Source of the DNA: a virus
Virus record (IMG/VR): IMGVR_UViG_3300033128_000024
Coordinates: 1-40,564 of that record
Direction: 5' to 3' (one strand)
DNA length: 40,564 bases
The position numbers and the translations under genes were made by a program. Below are positions 21,549 to 29,702 of the stretch, piece by piece. Under the pieces are notes generated by a model. The model saw only the letters and a list, made by a program, of their open reading frames with translations. It was not told where the DNA came from and did not search any database. Position 1 is the first letter of the stretch; each line of letters opens with the position of its first letter.

Positions 21549-23254
21549 CAATTAAGCAGTTTATGATTGATTACTCAAATGATGTTCTACAAGGGGAAAT
21601 TGTAGCTTGTCAAAAACACATTTGGGCCTGTCAGCGTTTTTTGAATGATGTTGAACGAGAAGGAAAAGAAGAGTTTCCATATGTATTCGATGAAGAAAAG
21701 GCCCGCAGATTTCTTTTTTGGATGACTCAATTTAAACATACCAAAGGACCATTAGCAGGTGAAAATATTGATCCTGATCCTATTCAGATTTTCATTTTTG
21801 GCAATGTCTATGGATGGGTCCACAAAGATACCGATATTCGCCGTTTTACAACTGTGTATTGGCAAGTTGGCCGTAAAAATGCAAAGACTCAAAGCTTAGC
21901 AACTGTTGGGTCATATGAAGCAATGGCGCTTGGAGAAAGTATGTCGGAGGTTTATATAGGTGCAACCAAAAAAGAGCAGGCTAAGATTTGCTGGAAAGAA
22001 ATAAATGCTCAAATTGAGGGTAGCGACCTTCTCAATAAACCATCAAAAAAATATAAGGTAGCATATGGGACAATTGAACATATTAAAACAAAATCAATTA
22101 TCACACCACTTGCAAAAGATGCCGGGAAAACCGGAGATGGATTTAATCCTCAATGTGGAATTATTGATGAATATCATGCTCATCCAACATCAGAAATATA
22201 TGATGTTATTGAATCGGGTATGGGAGCAAGATCACAACCGTTAATGGTAATTATCACAACTGCTGGACCTGAATTGAATAATCCTGCTTACCGTGTCGAG
22301 TACAATTTTGCTTCTCGTCTTTTAGATCCAAATATGGTAGAGAAAAATGACCATTACTTTGCAATGATTAATGAGTTAGATGCAGATGATGATATTAAAG
22401 ACGAGAGTAAATGGGAAAAAGCAAATCCGATACTTGCAAAACACGAGTTTGGCATAAATTATTTAAGACGGCGTTTGGAAATGGCTTTGAATGTACCGGA
22501 AAAAATGCGAGATTTCCTCACCAAAAATATGGATATTTGGGTGAACATGCGATCAAACGGATATATGGATATGCAGGCATGGTCTGATTGCGGGGTGAGT
22601 GAAGGTCTACCAGATTTAAAAGGTAAGGAATGTTATGCAGGGATTGACCTATCAAAACGTATTGATTTAACAGCTGCCAGTTTTGAATTTCCACTCGAAA
22701 ATGGGATGTATTATGTTACAGCGCATGGCTTTATGCCAGAAGATACTTTTCATGAAAGGATGAAAACTGACAAGGTACCGTATGATTTGTGGGTCAAAAA
22801 AGGTTGGTTAACTCTTACTGATGGTGCTGTCGTTGACTATGATTATATTCGTGCGTACATCAAGAAAATGGAAAAGGATAAAGGATGGAAAATCAAAGAG
22901 ATTGGATATGATCCATATAACGCAACGCAGTTTGCACAGCAGATGGAAGCTGATGGATATGTCATGATCGAGATCAGGCAAGGGGTGCAAACCTTATCTG
23001 AGCCGACCAAAGATTTACGTGAGAAAGCTAAAGCGCGAAAATTAATCCATGACAACAATGATCTATTGACGTGGGCGATGGGGAATGCCGTCACAAAGAT
23101 TGACGCGCAGGAGAATATCATGCTTGATAAATCAAAGTCGTCACAACGTATTGATCCAGCAGCTGCACTTATAAACGCTCATGTGAGAGCTAGTCAAAAT
23201 GATGATCATTTAGATTTGAATGAGTATATTTTGTCAGGAGGCTTTTCATTCTAA
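21545..23254 (+). CDS. terL: Terminase large subunit
   Basis: 569 aa. The ATPase region is VGRKNAKTQ (Walker A-like) with IIDEYH (Walker B). A C-terminal nuclease region follows. The GTGA start overlaps terS. Confidence 0.9.
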   Translation: MTIKQFMIDYSNDVLQGEIVACQKHIWACQRFLNDVEREGKEEFPYVFDEEKARRFLFWMTQFKHTKGPLAGENIDPDPIQIFIFGNVYGWVHKDTDIRRFTTVYWQVGRKNAKTQSLATVGSYEAMALGESMSEVYIGATKKEQAKICWKEINAQIEGSDLLNKPSKKYKVAYGTIEHIKTKSIITPLAKDAGKTGDGFNPQCGIIDEYHAHPTSEIYDVIESGMGARSQPLMVIITTAGPELNNPAYRVEYNFASRLLDPNMVEKNDHYFAMINELDADDDIKDESKWEKANPILAKHEFGINYLRRRLEMALNVPEKMRDFLTKNMDIWVNMRSNGYMDMQAWSDCGVSEGLPDLKGKECYAGIDLSKRIDLTAASFEFPLENGMYYVTAHGFMPEDTFHERMKTDKVPYDLWVKKGWLTLTDGAVVDYDYIRAYIKKMEKDKGWKIKEIGYDPYNATQFAQQMEADGYVMIEIRQGVQTLSEPTKDLREKAKARKLIHDNNDLLTWAMGNAVTKIDAQENIMLDKSKSSQRIDPAAALINAHVRASQNDDHLDLNEYILSGGFSF

Positions 23255-23433
23255 TGAAAAATATCATTAAGCAAGTTATGATTTTTCTGTACTCAATATT
23301 AAATGACCTAGTATTTTTTGCCGGGGCAATCTTTATTACTATAGCAGCTTATAAAATACATGAAATCATCGGTCTTTTAGTGACTGGTGGTTTTTTTATA
23401 TTTACAGCAATTTTAATGAGCCGAAGGAGGTGA
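23254..23433 (+). CDS. Small membrane protein (59 aa) between terL and portal; not in the ORF track
   Basis: TAATG overlap with terL. There are two hydrophobic helices. The translation begins MKNIIKQVMIFLYSILNDLVFFAGAIFITIAAYK. Confidence 0.45.
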   Translation: MKNIIKQVMIFLYSILNDLVFFAGAIFITIAAYKIHEIIGLLVTGGFFIFTAILMSRRR

Positions 23434-23437
23434 TTAA

Positions 23438-24718
23438 TTGTTATTAGAAGGTATGTTTTCTAAGAGATCAGCAGATTCAGACAGTGGCTGGGGCATGTCA
23501 CAAGTCCCGCAATGGGTGTTTGATATTTTCGGTGGTGGTAAAACGGCAAGCGGGGAGAAAGTGAGTGAATCGACCTCGTTAAAACATCCTGATGTTTTTT
23601 CTTGTATCAATGTTTTGTCAGATGATATAGCAAAACTATCTGTCCATATGTTTAGGAGGCTGGGAGAGAATATTTCAGGAGAGCGTGACCATCCTGTTTT
23701 TAAATTGCTCTATTTAAAGCCCAATCAATATATGACAGCTTTTACTTGGAAAAAATTAATGATGACGCATGTTTGTATGTGGGGAAATGCATATTCTTTG
23801 ATTCTTTCAGATAAAACGGGTGATATCAAAACATTAATCCCTCTTAATCCAGCGAATACACATCCTTATCTTGATCCAAAAACAGGGGAGTTGTGGTACG
23901 AAACAATAATCAATAACAAACGAGCTGAATTACATGCGGAGGAAGTTCTGCACTTTAAAGGAATGACGGAAGATGGGATAGTAGGTCTCAGTCCAATTCG
24001 GGTTGCAAGAGAAAATATTGGTGCTCAATCTGCCGCAACAAAGTTTAACGCGAAATTGTATAAAAATGATGCAACACCAAGAGGTATTTTGAAAATCCCA
24101 ACCCTGTTACAACCAGAGGCAAAAGAGGTTGCAAGAAAAGAATGGATGAGAGTAAATGCGGGAGAAAGCATTGCGATTGTCGATGCTGGTCTCGACTATC
24201 AATCTATATCAATGCCTCTAAAAGATGCCGAATTTGTAGAGTCTATGAAATTCAATAAGGCTCAAATTGCTTCCATATTCAAAGTTCCCCTTCATAAAAT
24301 AAACGAATTGGATCGCGCTACATTTAGTAATATCGAACATCAATCTATAGAATATGTGAAGAACACTTTACAGCCGTGGATCGTTTCCTTTGAACAAGAA
24401 ATCAATACAAAGCTGTTTACTGATGCTGAAATAAGGCAAGGGCTATATGTTCAATTTAATGTTAATAGTGAATTGCGCGGTGATTCAAAATCAAGAGCTG
24501 AATTCTATGAAATTATGGAACGAATTGGAGCTATGAATATAAATGAAATTCGTGCCCTTGAGTCAAAGAATGCTATTCCTGATGGGGACAGACACCTAGT
24601 TTCACTGAATTACACTTTCTTAGATATGTTAGATCAATATCAGATGGCTAAAGCTGGCCATAAAGGAGGTGATCCGAATAATGCCGAAGGAAATCAGACA
24701 GCTAACGACGGAAATTGA
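23438..24718 (+). CDS. Portal protein (HK97 family)
   Basis: RBS AAGGAGGTGA lies before TTG 23438. The size, position and motifs (HPVFKLL..PN, WGNAY) fit HK97-type portals. Confidence 0.85.
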   Translation: MLLEGMFSKRSADSDSGWGMSQVPQWVFDIFGGGKTASGEKVSESTSLKHPDVFSCINVLSDDIAKLSVHMFRRLGENISGERDHPVFKLLYLKPNQYMTAFTWKKLMMTHVCMWGNAYSLILSDKTGDIKTLIPLNPANTHPYLDPKTGELWYETIINNKRAELHAEEVLHFKGMTEDGIVGLSPIRVARENIGAQSAATKFNAKLYKNDATPRGILKIPTLLQPEAKEVARKEWMRVNAGESIAIVDAGLDYQSISMPLKDAEFVESMKFNKAQIASIFKVPLHKINELDRATFSNIEHQSIEYVKNTLQPWIVSFEQEINTKLFTDAEIRQGLYVQFNVNSELRGDSKSRAEFYEIMERIGAMNINEIRALESKNAIPDGDRHLVSLNYTFLDMLDQYQMAKAGHKGGDPNNAEGNQTANDGN

Positions 24719-25304
24719 AGTTAGGTCACTTGATGATGAAAGCAAAAGTGAATATGTAGAGGGTTATGCCCTTAAATTTGAAAAATGGTCTGAGCGTCTT
24801 GGGTGGTTTAAGGAAATCATCAGCCGTGGAGCGTTGGACGAAGCAGATATGTCCAATGTAATTGCTTTATTTAATCATAAAATTGATTATCCATTAGCAA
24901 GAAACACTGTTTCAACGGGAGCTGGTAGTCTCCAATTAACTGTTGATGCAATAGGGCTGAAATTTAGATTTGAGCCAACAGACACCACTTATGGACAAGA
25001 TTTGATGAAGAATTTGAGAGCAGGCGTCATCAATCAATGTTCTTTTTCGTTTTCTCTTGATCATTCAGGTGATGAAGAACCTGATGAATGGACAAGAAAT
25101 GAAGAAGAAAAGTTATATGAGCGCCGAATTAATCGAATCAATCGCATTTTTGACATTTCACTTGTGACAACTCCTGCATATAGCGATACGGAAGCTGTTG
25201 TAGGAGAAAGAAGTCTAGAAAAAGTAGAAGTTTTAAAAAAACAAAAAAACACATCAAATAAGAGGATTGAGCTGGAACTAGACTTATTAGACCTGAATAT
25301 ATAG
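24681..25304 (+). CDS. Prohead maturation protease (HK97 family)
   Basis: RBS AAAGGAGGTGA lies before ATG 24681. Motifs are GYALKF, ALFNHK and CSFSF. The gene lies between the portal and capsid genes. Confidence 0.8.
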   Translation: MPKEIRQLTTEIEVRSLDDESKSEYVEGYALKFEKWSERLGWFKEIISRGALDEADMSNVIALFNHKIDYPLARNTVSTGAGSLQLTVDAIGLKFRFEPTDTTYGQDLMKNLRAGVINQCSFSFSLDHSGDEEPDEWTRNEEEKLYERRINRINRIFDISLVTTPAYSDTEAVVGERSLEKVEVLKKQKNTSNKRIELELDLLDLNI

Positions 25305-25343
25305 TGGGTCTTTTTTTATGCTCAAAATCAAGGAGGAAAATCT

Positions 25344-26639
25344 ATGCCAGTAACGATGAGTAAAGAGGAACGTCAATTGCGCCAGCAGTTCACGCAGAAA
25401 AAGCAAGAAGCTAGGAATTTAATAAGTGAAGGAAAAGATGAAGAAGCACGCTCTATGCTTGATGAAGCAAAGGCTCTGCAAAAAAGAATTGAAATGATGT
25501 CTGAGGAAAGAGAACTCGATGCACCAGAAATTGAAGACCGACATCATGTCCCGGAACAGAAAAGAGATCCTGAATCTGGTTCTTCTGATGAAGAACGCAG
25601 CTTAACAGGAACGCAAGAATATAGAAATGCATGGTTCAAGGTATTGACTGGACGTGATGATGAATTAGGTAACGAAGAAAGAAAAATGCTGCAGGAAGTC
25701 TTAAAAGAAAATAGACAGCTTTCATCTAGCAGTGATAAGGATGGTGGATACACAGTACCGGATGACATTTCGAAACAGATTATTAAGTCCATTCAAGAAT
25801 TAAATTCTGTTCGTAATCTAGTTCGCATTGTGCCAAAAAAATCACCATCTGGCACTTATCCAGTAAGAAAAGGTACTGCTGGAAAGCTATATAACATTGG
25901 GGAAAAAGAGGCAATTAAAGAGCTCAAAAGTATGGAGTTTGAAGAAATCCAATACAACGTTAAGAAATTCGCTGGATTTTTACCTATTTCAGCTGAATTG
26001 CTTGATGATTCTTTTCTTAATTTCACAAGAGAAATTGTAGAATGGCTTTCTGAATGCGCAACTGTAACTGAAAATGAGGAAGTCTTCTATGGAAAAGGTG
26101 GAGACAAAAACATAGAAGGAATTATCTCAAGCAAAAAATATAAAACTCTCAAGGCACCTTCACTTATCACTATTAAATTTTTGCGGAAAGTCAAAAATCA
26201 ACTTAAAAAGGGTTACCGAAGAAATGCTAAGTGGGTTATGAATACAGAAGCATTTGAAACGCTTGCAAACATTGAAGATAAAAACGGCCGCGGAATCTTA
26301 GCAGAGGATCCACGCAATGAGGACAGCTTTCTTTTATTCGGAAGACCTGTTGAAGTGTATGACGAGATTGTCACAGACGATAAACAAAAAACTCATATTC
26401 TATTCGGTGATTTTAAAAATGCATACTTTATGTTTGATCGCCAAAAATTCGAGATCAAATCAACTGATATCGGTGCAGATGCATATCTAACTGATCAAAC
26501 ATATTTCCGAGGTATTGAACGATTTGACGGAAAAGTTATTGATCCAGAAGCCGCAGTTATTGTTACTGATTTAGTTGTTGGTGAAGAAGCAGAAGTTGAA
26601 ACACCTTCTGAAGATAAGTCCGTAGACGCTGGAAAATAA
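25344..26639 (+). CDS. Major capsid protein (HK97 fold) with N-terminal scaffolding-like delta domain
   Basis: 431 aa. A charged coiled-coil N-terminus is followed by the capsid domain. The position after the protease fits. Confidence 0.85.
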   Translation: MPVTMSKEERQLRQQFTQKKQEARNLISEGKDEEARSMLDEAKALQKRIEMMSEERELDAPEIEDRHHVPEQKRDPESGSSDEERSLTGTQEYRNAWFKVLTGRDDELGNEERKMLQEVLKENRQLSSSSDKDGGYTVPDDISKQIIKSIQELNSVRNLVRIVPKKSPSGTYPVRKGTAGKLYNIGEKEAIKELKSMEFEEIQYNVKKFAGFLPISAELLDDSFLNFTREIVEWLSECATVTENEEVFYGKGGDKNIEGIISSKKYKTLKAPSLITIKFLRKVKNQLKKGYRRNAKWVMNTEAFETLANIEDKNGRGILAEDPRNEDSFLLFGRPVEVYDEIVTDDKQKTHILFGDFKNAYFMFDRQKFEIKSTDIGADAYLTDQTYFRGIERFDGKVIDPEAAVIVTDLVVGEEAEVETPSEDKSVDAGK

Positions 26640-26665
26640 GAAAAATTGAAAGGAATTGATCTATC

Positions 26666-27055
26666 ATGGCTAAAGATTTTTTAAATGAAAGTAACGGAGT
26701 ATTCACATCTGCAGAGGCTGGGCCTGACGGTAAACCTATCACGCCTGTTTCTATCAGAGACAACAGCGAAGAAAACCCTCTTATTGTTAAGGGATTGAAA
26801 GGTGATCCTGGTGAACAAGGTCCTCAAGGTCCAAAAGGGGATCAAGGAGAGCAGGGGCCGAAAGGTGATAAGGGTGATGCTGCAGTAATTGAGGCTGGCT
26901 CAATTAAAAATGAACATTTAGGTGATGGTTCAGTTAATTCCCGGACAATCGGTAAAGGGAGTGTCAAGTGGGACAATATCAATTCAGAAGTACAGAAAAT
27001 GATCACTGACCTTCAAGAAAAAGTCGAAGCAATAGAAAACCCAAAATCTGAATAA
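26666..27055 (+). CDS. Collagen-like repeat protein (possible head fibre or decoration protein)
   Basis: G-X-Y run: GLKGDPGEQGPQGPKGDQGEQGPKGDKGD. The gene lies between the capsid and head-tail connector genes. Confidence 0.6.
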   Translation: MAKDFLNESNGVFTSAEAGPDGKPITPVSIRDNSEENPLIVKGLKGDPGEQGPQGPKGDQGEQGPKGDKGDAAVIEAGSIKNEHLGDGSVNSRTIGKGSVKWDNINSEVQKMITDLQEKVEAIENPKSE

Positions 27056-27067
27056 AGGTGATGCCGG

Positions 27068-27376
27068 ATGACTGAGGCAGAGCAAAAAGAAAAAGAGCTT
27101 GAAAAAGCAAAAAAATACCTCCGCATTGATGGTGATGCGGAGGATGATTTGATTTTACATTTCATTGCTGCAGCAAAGGAGTACATCACGAATGCAACGG
27201 GTCTAAAATTTCCTAACAATTTAGCGCAAGCAGAGCTGGCGGTCATGTCATTTACAACTCATTGGTATGAGAATAGGCAAATATCAGGCACGACATCAAA
27301 TCTTGACGGGGTGCTGACAACAATGGTCAATCAACTTAAATACTTGGTTGTGGACGGTGAAAAAGATGTTGAATGA
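27068..27376 (+). CDS. Head-tail connector (gp6-like)
   Basis: The motif YLRIDGDAEDDLILHFIAAAKEYI is typical of the gp6-like DNA-packaging/head-tail connector family. Confidence 0.7.
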   Translation: MTEAEQKEKELEKAKKYLRIDGDAEDDLILHFIAAAKEYITNATGLKFPNNLAQAELAVMSFTTHWYENRQISGTTSNLDGVLTTMVNQLKYLVVDGEKDVE

Positions 27377-27680
27377 TATGCGGCACCGCATTCAGTTCCA
27401 AAAGAAGAAAGAAAAGAGTCGTTTGCCTGTCGATGGTGACAACGGATGGGAAACTGTAGTTGAGTGTTGGGCCAAAGCAGAGGTTTTAAAAGGCGCTGAA
27501 TATTATGCAGCAGCCGCCATTCAAAAAGAACATACAATCAAATTCACCATTCGCCACAGGGAAGATATTGATGATCATATGAGGCTTATTTTCAGAAAGA
27601 AAATATACGAGATTGAATCAATATTACCTCATTATTCAAGACTTAACTTTCTTACGGTTAGGGCAAAGGCGGTGACGTGA
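27366..27680 (+). CDS. Head closure / head-tail adaptor protein
   Basis: The MRHRIQFQ start motif, the size and the position fit the head-tail joining family. Confidence 0.6.
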   Translation: MLNDMRHRIQFQKKKEKSRLPVDGDNGWETVVECWAKAEVLKGAEYYAAAAIQKEHTIKFTIRHREDIDDHMRLIFRKKIYEIESILPHYSRLNFLTVRAKAVT

Positions 27681-28084
27681 TGTTTAACCTGCAAATTGAC
27701 GGCTTAGAGGAATTAGAAAACGCCATTGGAAACATGCAAAGAAAGGTCAGCAAGATGCATAAAGAAGCTCTTACAGCTGGTGCAACAGTCATAAAAGATG
27801 AACTTCACCCAAACACACCAAGGTCCGACAAAGCCCAGAAACACATGCAAGATGATCTTGATATTACGCGGCTTCGTACTGATGGAGACGGGATGAAGTA
27901 CGTGGCGGTTGGTTGGCCGAAATCTAAGTCGAGGAAGGATACTCATTGGAGAATTCATTTCCCTGAATTCGGTACATTACATCAGCCTGCGCAAAAATTC
28001 TTTACAAGAACTGTTGATGCAAAATGGGATGAGGCCATACGAAGAGTAGCAGAAAAATATCGACAGGCGCTGAGTAAACTATGA
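27677..28084 (+). CDS. HK97 gp10-like tail-neck protein
   Basis: Assigned from position and size. The N-terminal pattern LEELENAIGNM...ALTAGATVIKDE is typical of the gp10 family. Confidence 0.6.
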   Translation: MMFNLQIDGLEELENAIGNMQRKVSKMHKEALTAGATVIKDELHPNTPRSDKAQKHMQDDLDITRLRTDGDGMKYVAVGWPKSKSRKDTHWRIHFPEFGTLHQPAQKFFTRTVDAKWDEAIRRVAEKYRQALSKL

Positions 28085-28479
28085 TCAATCAAAATTTAAT
28101 AAGGCGTGCAGATACTTGCAAGAATGCCATTTTTGAAGCGTTGGAGAATGATCCAGCGCTTTTGTCTTTAATAGACAAAGCTGACATCTATGAGCTTGCG
28201 GTCCCAGAGGGTACAAAGTCGAGTCCGCCGTATGTTGTGCTGCAAGAAATCAACTACAAACCAATCAAATGGGCTGATAACAGGCCCATACAAGATAGTG
28301 CAACCTATCAAATAGATGTTTATCACAATGCCGATCCGCAACCTATCATGGCTGCAATCGGGGATGTGATGGAACGTTTAGATTTTGCGCCCACTATACC
28401 CATCAATGACTTTTTAGAGAAAGAGAGATTGATAAGAAAAGGGTATCGCTTTGAAAAAAATATAATACTAGGAGGCTAA
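28081..28479 (+). CDS. Tail completion / tail terminator-like protein
   Basis: Assigned from its position directly before the major tail protein. There is no strong motif. Confidence 0.45.
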   Translation: MINQNLIRRADTCKNAIFEALENDPALLSLIDKADIYELAVPEGTKSSPPYVVLQEINYKPIKWADNRPIQDSATYQIDVYHNADPQPIMAAIGDVMERLDFAPTIPINDFLEKERLIRKGYRFEKNIILGG

Positions 28480-28481
28480 CT

Positions 28482-29096
28482 ATGACTGAGTACAGTTCAG
28501 TAACTGGTCTAAAAAATGCTCGTTTTGCACCTTTGCAAAAACAAGGTAAATTCTATGTGCCAACCGAGGTTTTAAAATACGAATATGCAATGAATATGAA
28601 AGTGGAAACTGAAACATCAACTGAAAAGCAGTATGCGGATGACAAACTTGTTGATTTGGTTGTTTCAACAGGTTCAACAAAACTAGAAATTGAAATGCGG
28701 GATCTCCCTATGGAAATTCTTGCGAAGCTGTTAGGCATTGAACAGGACAAAAACGGATTGTACTTGTTCAAAAAGAACATTATTCCTCCATGGGTCGCAA
28801 TGACGTTTGAAGGTCCAAAGGCAAACGGTAAATCTCGACATGTTGGTTTAGTAAAAGGTCGTTTTTCTTTACCGGGTGATGAGTGGAAGACAAAAGAAGA
28901 AAAGACAGACTTCCAAACGGTTAAATTATCTGCTGAATTTGTTGATCGTGAGCAGGATGACGTTTTCAAGGTTTTTACTGATGAAGATGCTGAAAACTTT
29001 AATCTTGATGCTTTTTACAAATCAGTTTTTGGTGATGCATACAAAGATGACAAAACAGAAAACAGCAGCAGTGTTGATATTGGAAAAGGTGCTTAG
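28482..29096 (+). CDS. Major tail protein (phi13 family-like)
   Basis: Assigned from position and size, and from the terminator after the gene (agagggc/gctctct plus T6 at about 29097-29120). Confidence 0.7.
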   Translation: MTEYSSVTGLKNARFAPLQKQGKFYVPTEVLKYEYAMNMKVETETSTEKQYADDKLVDLVVSTGSTKLEIEMRDLPMEILAKLLGIEQDKNGLYLFKKNIIPPWVAMTFEGPKANGKSRHVGLVKGRFSLPGDEWKTKEEKTDFQTVKLSAEFVDREQDDVFKVFTDEDAENFNLDAFYKSVFGDAYKDDKTENSSSVDIGKGA

Positions 29097-29151
29097 AGGG
29101 CTGAAAAGCTCTCTTTTTTAATTGGAAAATAAAACATAAGGGGGAGTCACT

Positions 29152-29496
29152 ATGACTCAAAAACAAATTTCTATCTCTATTTGGTTCGAAGAAGAGAAAA
29201 AACATAAAACATTTATTGCGCCACGAACAAACGCAAAAACACTCTATGAGGCTTTTGAGTTAGATGAAAAAGCAACAGAGGCGGAGAATGCAAAGGAACT
29301 TGTCAAAAGTATGGATGAGCGAATTAAATTCATTGTGCGTGTATTTCAAAATCAATTTACTTTTGACCAATTTCGAGAAGGCTTCCAATCCTTTGAAGTT
29401 GCGGATGCAGTCAGAAAAGTCATGTTGGAAATCATGGGAATTAAAGTGGCGGAAACGCAGGAAGAAAAAGATTTTTTGCCCGACATGAAGGCGTAA
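29152..29496 (+). CDS. Tail assembly chaperone (G-like, zero-frame product)
   Basis: The acidic 114-aa protein lies directly upstream of the tape measure. There is a slippery site near its 3' end. Confidence 0.75.
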   Translation: MTQKQISISIWFEEEKKHKTFIAPRTNAKTLYEAFELDEKATEAENAKELVKSMDERIKFIVRVFQNQFTFDQFREGFQSFEVADAVRKVMLEIMGIKVAETQEEKDFLPDMKA

Positions 29497-29663
29497 ATGA
29501 GCCATTAAAAAACGGCAAAGATCAATTAAATAAAATCTATACCACTTTACTTGAGCAAGGCTGGAAGATGCATGAGATTGATCAAATGGATATTTATCAT
29601 TTCTTAGAATTGAATGCTGAATCAAGCAAAACAAAAGAAGTTACGATTGATCAAATATTCTAA
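29152..29663 (+). CDS. Tail assembly chaperone frameshift product (GT-like; -1 shift at 29472-29478)
   Basis: The -1 frame is open from the slippery site to TAA 29661-29663. It encodes ...FFARHEGVNEPLKNGKDQLNKIYTTLLEQGWKMHEIDQMDIYHFLELN..., the conserved T-extension type. Confidence 0.65.
29472..29478 (+). promoter_or_regulatory. Programmed -1 ribosomal frameshift slippery heptamer T_TTT_TTG
   Basis: ga-T TTT TTG in the zero frame, 18 nt before the zero-frame stop. Confidence 0.65.
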
Positions 29664-29702
29664 GTCTTGAAATCTTCGTCAGGAAAGCGGGGTGGTACAT
29701 AA

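Noticed and set aside
26790-26880. The collagen-like GXY nucleotide repeats as a possible diversity-generating retroelement target or hypervariable region.
   Set aside because: There is no reverse transcriptase gene and no template-repeat copy elsewhere in the window. The repeats are explained by the G-X-Y coding periodicity.
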